The notes beneath the pieces were generated by a model. That model worked only from the letters and a program-made list of their open reading frames with translations, did not search any database and was not told where the DNA came from. Both the position numbers and the translations under genes were made by a program. Positions 26,768-31,681 of a stretch of 31,681 nucleotides of DNA are shown here, one piece after another; positions within the stretch are counted from its first letter, which is position 1; every line of letters begins with the position of its first letter. This DNA is from an uncultured Acidimicrobiales bacterium (GTDB lineage: Bacteria; Actinomycetota; Acidimicrobiia; Acidimicrobiales; UBA10347). Where the stretch lies: positions 682,001 through 713,681 of the forward strand of contig CALSSD010000005.1 in assembly GCA_943788915.1 (NCBI GenBank). Direction: 5' to 3'.

Positions 26768-27921
26768 TATGAGAGCTGCGGAAGTACGCCCTCGGCGATC
26801 CGATGGAGCTGGTCGTCGACCTTGTTGTAACTGTCGCCCGGCATGGCAGGGAAGAGCACCAGGTTGTCGACCCCACCCAGGTAGTCGCGGTACCACTGGA
26901 TCTGTTCGGCGACCTCGTCGGCGGTGCCTACCAGCCACACCTTGTTATCGAGTGATTCTTCCAGCGACGGGATCAGTCCGGCTTCGGCAGGCTTGCCGCC
27001 TTCGCCCATGTAACCCTTGCTCCAGCCGTAGGGGCCGAGGAACTTCCAGAATTCGTCGTGGCCGTTACGCACTGAAGCAACTGCTTCTTCATGCGAGTCG
27101 GCGATGCAGGTGTTCACCACCAGGGTGCGCTTCTCACCTGCAGCGAGTGCAACGCCATGAGTCTCGTGATAGACCTCGGCAAAACGATCCCAGTAGCGCT
27201 TCATGAACTCAAAGTGTTTGAGCCACATGACGCCGCCCCAGCCGTTACGTGGGACCTGCTCGAGAGTCGGCGGTGACGTGATCGCTTGCCACATCTCATA
27301 GGGATAGAGCGGCCGCGGGACCAAGGTGAGGTCTTCGACGAAGCCACCTCGATCAGGGATGCCCGGAGCAGGGAACTCATACACGTCGCCCTTGAAGCTG
27401 AACTTCTCTTGGTCAAGTGCCATGCGCAGCACCGTGGTTGCTTCGGCGAACTGCTTGCGGTTGAACTCGTCGGCCTCGGCTTTGTCGGGATTGTCGAACG
27501 AGCCGATCTTGCTACCGAAATTTTCTTGTTCGCGGGGAACGGTGCCCCGACCAATACCGAGCACGCCTCGACCGCCAGAGATGTTGTGCAGCGTGGAAAA
27601 GTCTTCGGCCATGCGCAGCGGGTGCCACATGCCGATGATGTTGAACATCATGCCGATGCGGATGCGTTCGGTCCGTTCGGCGAGGATGCCGCCGAGCATC
27701 AAACCATTGGGTACGACCTCGTAACCCTCGTGCTGGAAGTGGTGTTCGGTCAACCAGAACGAGTCGAAGCCAAGCTTGTCAGCAAGCACACCCATGTCGA
27801 GGATGCGCTCCGTGGCTTCCCAGACTTCCTTGTTGCCATAACGACGGTCGGTCGGAGCAGGCACACCCGCGCCCGCATCCGGCATCTCCACGCCACCAAA
27901 AAGAAACACACCAGTACGCAC
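26767..27921 (-). CDS. LLM-class flavin-dependent oxidoreductase
   Basis: LGFDSFWLTEHHF, WHPLRMAED, SGGRGVLGIGRG, VGTADEVAEQI; GGAG RBS supplied by the repeat unit. Confidence 0.9.
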   Translation of the reverse strand: MRTGVFLFGGVEMPDAGAGVPAPTDRRYGNKEVWEATERILDMGVLADKLGFDSFWLTEHHFQHEGYEVVPNGLMLGGILAERTERIRIGMMFNIIGMWHPLRMAEDFSTLHNISGGRGVLGIGRGTVPREQENFGSKIGSFDNPDKAEADEFNRKQFAEATTVLRMALDQEKFSFKGDVYEFPAPGIPDRGGFVEDLTLVPRPLYPYEMWQAITSPPTLEQVPRNGWGGVMWLKHFEFMKRYWDRFAEVYHETHGVALAAGEKRTLVVNTCIADSHEEAVASVRNGHDEFWKFLGPYGWSKGYMGEGGKPAEAGLIPSLEESLDNKVWLVGTADEVAEQIQWYRDYLGGVDNLVLFPAMPGDSYNKVDDQLHRIAEGVLPQLS

Positions 27922-28260
27922 TGTTACTCCGCTCGCCTTCGGCTGCTACTGGCATTCGCCAGACCCGACACAAACCCTCGCACCGGCACTCGTCCCTCGT
28001 CCCTACAAACCACTGTTACTCCGCTCGCCTTCGGCTGCTACTGGCATTCGCCAGACCCGACACAAACCCTCGCACCGGCACTCGTCCCTCGTCCCTACAA
28101 ACCACTGTTACTCCGCTCGCCTTCGGCTGCTACTGGCATTCGCCAGATCCGACACAAACCCTCGCACCGGCACTCGTCCCTCGTCCCTACAAACCACTGT
28201 CACTCCGCTCGCCTTCGGCTGCTACTGGCATTCGCCAGATCCGACACAAACCCTCGCACC
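27919..28260 (-). repeat. 92-bp tandem repeat (3 full units plus a 66-bp partial), MIRU-like, encoding coupled small ORFs
   Basis: Units start at 27919, 28011, 28103 and 28195; only two variable positions; minus-strand ORFs 27924-28013, 28016-28105, 28108-28197 and 28200-28259. Confidence 0.92.
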
Positions 28261-28265
28261 AGACA

Positions 28266-28271
28266 ATCCTA
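28266..28271 (-). promoter_or_regulatory. Candidate -10 TAGGAT for a leaderless transcript into the repeat array and LLM operon
   Basis: TAGGAT-N6-GTG at 28259. Confidence 0.45.
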
Positions 28272-28466
28272 CGTGCCAGCGGGCGCCCTCCGTAGGCCGA
28301 CCCACTGGTTAATCCGCTGTTCACCGTTGTTGTTCGTGCTCCGCTCGAGAACGAGCAGGTTTTGCCCGACCTGCAGCTCACAATCCTGATGCCTCCGTGA
28401 GCTCGTAACACGACGTTCACGCGGTGTGTCGATGGACGTCACAGGCTTCGTTGCTAGTGTCGACGC

Positions 28467-29492
28467 ATGTCGATGAATGCCCCATTCGCTGTGGTCCCCG
28501 TAGATATTTCGCGGTGGTACAGCGGCGACCCAGCAGCCCGCGCCGAAGTCGCTCGCGAGATCGACGTCGCCTGCTCAACGAGCGGCTTCCTTGGTATCAC
28601 CGGTCATCAGATCGACCAGTCCATCATCCACGACATGTTCGAAATCACCGCAGACTTCTTCCAAAACGACTTCGCCCACAAGCTGCAGTTCAATCTCGAC
28701 GATGCTGCCGCCAACCGGGGCTACGCACCGCTGGGTTCCGAAGCGCTGAGTTACAGCCTGGGCATCGAGTCGCTGCCCGACCAGTTCGAAGCTTTCAACA
28801 TGGGCCGCGAGGTCCCGCCAGCCGATGCCACCGACGAAGAACTCGCCGCCTACTTCTCGCCCAATGTCTGGCCCGATGACCGTTTCCGAGACGTCTGGCT
28901 TCGGTACTGGGATGCCTGTGAGTCACTGGGACTCGATCTCGTCGACATGTTCGCACTCGCACTCGACATGCCCGTCGGCTACTTCCGCCCGTTCGTCGGC
29001 CAGTCGATCAGCGTGATGCGAGCGAACTGGTACAACCGTTATCCCAACGCCGCTCCACTCGAAGAAGGCCAGCTTCGAATGGGAGCCCACAGCGACTACG
29101 GCTCCCTGACGATCCTGGCGGCAGATCCGGTGCCGGGCCTGCAGATTCGCGATACCGAAGGCGGCTGGCACGACGTGTTGCCGCCGACAAACGGGTTCCT
29201 GGTCAACCTGGGCGACCTGTTGGCCGAGTGGACCAACGACCGATGGCGGGCGACTGTTCACCGGGTCGTGCCACCACCCGTCGACCAAACCGGCGCCTTC
29301 CGACGCCGCAGCATCGCCTGGTTCCAACAGCCCAACCATGATGCGTTGATCGAAGTCCTGCCAACCTGTGTGAGCGCCGACAACCCAGCTCGGTATAAGC
29401 CGGTCACGTCAGGCACGCATCTGATGGCCAAACTTGTCGGCCCCCGTGTACTCGAGAACACCGGCGAGATCGAAGAACAATTCCTGCACTAA
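28467..29492 (+). CDS. Isopenicillin N synthase-like 2OG-Fe(II) dioxygenase
   Basis: GFLGITGH, GAHSDYGSLTIL, VNLGDLL..WTND, HRVV, RRSIAWF; leaderless TAGTGT-N6-ATG. Confidence 0.9.
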   Translation: MSMNAPFAVVPVDISRWYSGDPAARAEVAREIDVACSTSGFLGITGHQIDQSIIHDMFEITADFFQNDFAHKLQFNLDDAAANRGYAPLGSEALSYSLGIESLPDQFEAFNMGREVPPADATDEELAAYFSPNVWPDDRFRDVWLRYWDACESLGLDLVDMFALALDMPVGYFRPFVGQSISVMRANWYNRYPNAAPLEEGQLRMGAHSDYGSLTILAADPVPGLQIRDTEGGWHDVLPPTNGFLVNLGDLLAEWTNDRWRATVHRVVPPPVDQTGAFRRRSIAWFQQPNHDALIEVLPTCVSADNPARYKPVTSGTHLMAKLVGPRVLENTGEIEEQFLH

Positions 29493-29505
29493 CCGCGTTG
29501 CTGCA

Positions 29506-29854
29506 CTCCGCTCGGGCCGACGTTCGTCGGACACTTGTCGGGACCGTCGACGCAGACAGCTCAGGCAGCCGCAGCGAAGCAAGGCGTACTACCCCGGCTC
29601 GTCCCTCGCCCGCGCCCCGCTCCTGCGTTGCTCCTACCTGCCGGTAGCTAACCGCTCCGCTCTGGGCAGTCCGCTTCTCAGCTCTCTGCGTGGTCGCCTC
29701 CTCGCTGCATTCTGCGCCCGTCTGGGCGGGCCAAAACGCGACACAGCGTGTGCACTCCGGTCGGGAGTGCACACGCTGTCTTGAATTACGGAGTCTGGTT
29801 AGAGCCGCATCACACCACTAAGGCGATATCCAACGAACGTCGGCCCGAGCGGAG
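29506..29854. repeat. Perfect 22-bp inverted repeat pair, one arm in each convergent gene's 3' UTR
   Basis: CTCCGCTCGGGCCGACGTTCGT at 29506-29527 and its reverse complement at 29833-29854. Confidence 0.85.
29733..29782. terminator. Strong hairpin terminator between convergent genes
   Basis: 16-bp perfect stem 29743-29758/29764-29779; TTTT follows on the minus strand. Confidence 0.7.
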
Positions 29855-29867
29855 CGGTGAAATACAG

Positions 29868-30911
29868 CTAGAAGCCGATCGACGGGTCGATGAACTCGTT
29901 GGTTACGAGGTCTTCGGCGGTCAGCCCTTCGGGAACGTCGACAGAGTCGACCTGTTCATCGATGGCCGTAATGATGTCGTTGACACGGTCAAGCTCAAAG
30001 TTGCCGAGTGTGCTGTCAGGACCATTGGCTACCAAGCCGAGGTCGGTCATAACTTGCACGGTGTTGGCGACAGAGTCGTCGGTGAGCTGCCAGAAGCTGT
30101 CCAGGTCGATCACTGCCTGCACGATCGCAGCATTGGTTGCCGCAGGATCATTCTGGAAGTCAACCGCTGACTGCTGGATGAGCGGCACAAGAGCGCCAAG
30201 GCATGAACGAGCAGCGTCATCGAGGTTCGAATCCAAGATGGCGACTGCGCCTTGGTAGATCGGGAAGTCCGAATCGTGGATCAACAAGAAGTCGACAGGT
30301 TTGCCCCAGTCGGTGAACGTGTTCTCGTAGTTAAACGGTTCTTGCGAAGCGAAACCCTGCTGCAAGATGGCGCCACCCTCGGCAATAAAACGAGCCGGGC
30401 CACCATCATACGAAGGATCAATCTGATCCGCATCAACAAGACCAGAACCAACAAGCCACTCGGTGTACGCCGCACCAGCGAACACGTTCACAACAGCTTC
30501 GGTGCCCTTCACATCAGCCCATGAATCAATCGTGTAGGTATCTGGGTCCCACATAATCATCTGCGGATTGATCTCCAACGGAGCCACAACAGCTGTCGTC
30601 GGAAAATCTTCATAGTTCTGGATCGCTTCATCGGTGTTGACGTAACCCAGGAAGATGTCGCTATCGGTCGCCATCAACGCAACTGTCTGCTGGAAACCAA
30701 CAAACGGTCCACCAGCACGAATCTCCAACGTGATCGAAGGATCAGCAGCCAACGGACCAGAGAAACGACCCGACTCACCATCAATCGAACCCTCACCCGC
30801 CGTCAAGTTGTACAACGCACCATGCTCAGGCTCCGGGAACCAGTCAGTCTGAATAACCAACGGGTTAGGACAGTCGCCCAGAGTCGCCAGCAGAAACTGG
30901 CTGAGCGTCAC
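29868..30911 (-). CDS. ABC transporter substrate-binding domain (NMT1/THI5/TauA-like), probably the C-terminal domain of a longer fused protein
   Basis: QTDWFPEPEHG, EIRAGGP, QQGFASQEPF; no signal peptide. Confidence 0.8.
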   Translation of the reverse strand: MTLSQFLLATLGDCPNPLVIQTDWFPEPEHGALYNLTAGEGSIDGESGRFSGPLAADPSITLEIRAGGPFVGFQQTVALMATDSDIFLGYVNTDEAIQNYEDFPTTAVVAPLEINPQMIMWDPDTYTIDSWADVKGTEAVVNVFAGAAYTEWLVGSGLVDADQIDPSYDGGPARFIAEGGAILQQGFASQEPFNYENTFTDWGKPVDFLLIHDSDFPIYQGAVAILDSNLDDAARSCLGALVPLIQQSAVDFQNDPAATNAAIVQAVIDLDSFWQLTDDSVANTVQVMTDLGLVANGPDSTLGNFELDRVNDIITAIDEQVDSVDVPEGLTAEDLVTNEFIDPSIGF

Positions 30912-31681
30912 CGGCAGGCGCTGCGCCGTCGCGCTGCGACCGAACCAGCGAAGCTGATCGACGGGTCGATGTACTTGTTGGTTACGAGGTCTTCGGCGGT
31001 CAGCCCTTCGGGAACCTCGACGGAGCCGACCTGCTCGTCGATGGCGGTGATGATGTCGTTGACCCGGTCAAGCTCGAAGTTGCCGAGTGTGCTGTCATGG
31101 ACCGTTCGACACCAGGCCGAGGTCGGTCATGGCCTGCACGGTGTTGGCGACAGAGTCGTCGGTGAGCTGCCAGAAGCTGTCCAGGTCGATCACTGCCTGA
31201 AGAATTGCGGCGTTGGTTGCCGCAGGGTCTTCCTGGAAGTCAACAGCTGACTGCTGAAGGAGTGGCACGAGTGCGCTCAGGCAGGCATCGGCATCGTCGT
31301 CCATGCGGCTGTCGAGAATCGCGACTGCGCCTTGGTAGATCGGGAAGTCCGAATCGTGGATCAACAAGAAGTCGACAGGTTTGCCCCAGTCGGTGAACGT
31401 GTTCTCGTAGTTAAACGGTTCTTGCGAAGCGAAACCCTGCTGCAAGATGGCGCCACCCTCGGCAATAAAACGAGCCGGGCCACCATCATACGAAGGATCA
31501 ATCTGATCCGCATCAACAAGACCAGAACCAACAAGCCACTCGGTGTACGCCGCACCAGCGAACACGTTCACAACAGCTTCGGTGCCCTTCACATCAGCCC
31601 ATGAATCAATCGTGTAGGTATCTGGGTCCCACATAATCATCTGCGGATTGATCTCCAACGGAGCCACAACAGCTGTCGTCG
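30912..31681 (-). CDS. Second, upstream copy of the same binding domain plus linker; partial and frameshifted
   Basis: 31321-31681 is identical to 30241-30601; extra base at 31098 relative to copy 1; reading frame is open to the window end. Confidence 0.7.

Noticed and set aside
27919..28260. CRISPR array
   Set aside because: The 26-bp segments between 66-bp cores are identical rather than unique spacers, the repeat is too long, and no cas genes are in the window
27286..28389. 367-aa plus-strand ORF crossing the array
   Set aside because: Antisense shadow of the LLM gene plus repeat read-through; no recognisable motifs
29506..29854. Formal MITE call
   Set aside because: No target-site duplication is visible, no cognate transposase is present, and the interior holds an ordinary terminator

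Overview
High-GC actinobacterial chromosomal segment, most likely Acidimicrobiia (inferred from an F420-type LLM, DUF5318, an LAXTG sorting signal and frequent leaderless starts; not verified by search). The left 10 kb is core housekeeping: LAXTG-anchored protein, dnaB, convergent rpsF-ssb-rpsR-rplI, panB, DUF5318, CCA-adding enzyme, an HDAC/GNAT divergent pair and thioredoxin. The rest is accessory metabolism: F420-LLM, DJ-1/PfpI, acyl-CoA ligase, TauE/TauD, methyltransferase, a thioredoxin-fused redox protein, acyl-CoA dehydrogenase, NicX-like dioxygenase plus hydrolase, deaminase, LLM, 2OG-Fe(II) dioxygenase and a tandem-duplicated NMT1/THI5-type binding protein. Several gene remnants are present. 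Single-base insertions in ssb and near the right end suggest long-read indel errors. The most notable non-obvious signals are: a 92-bp MIRU-like tandem array forming a chain of coupled small ORFs ahead of the LLM gene; PafBC/RecA-NDp-like promoters upstream of dnaB, rpsF-ssb and a GNAT; a promoter-led structured RNA candidate after dnaB; dispersed 3'-UTR repeat elements; and a probable N-heterocycle catabolic cluster. No CRISPR, tRNA, rRNA or transposase was found.
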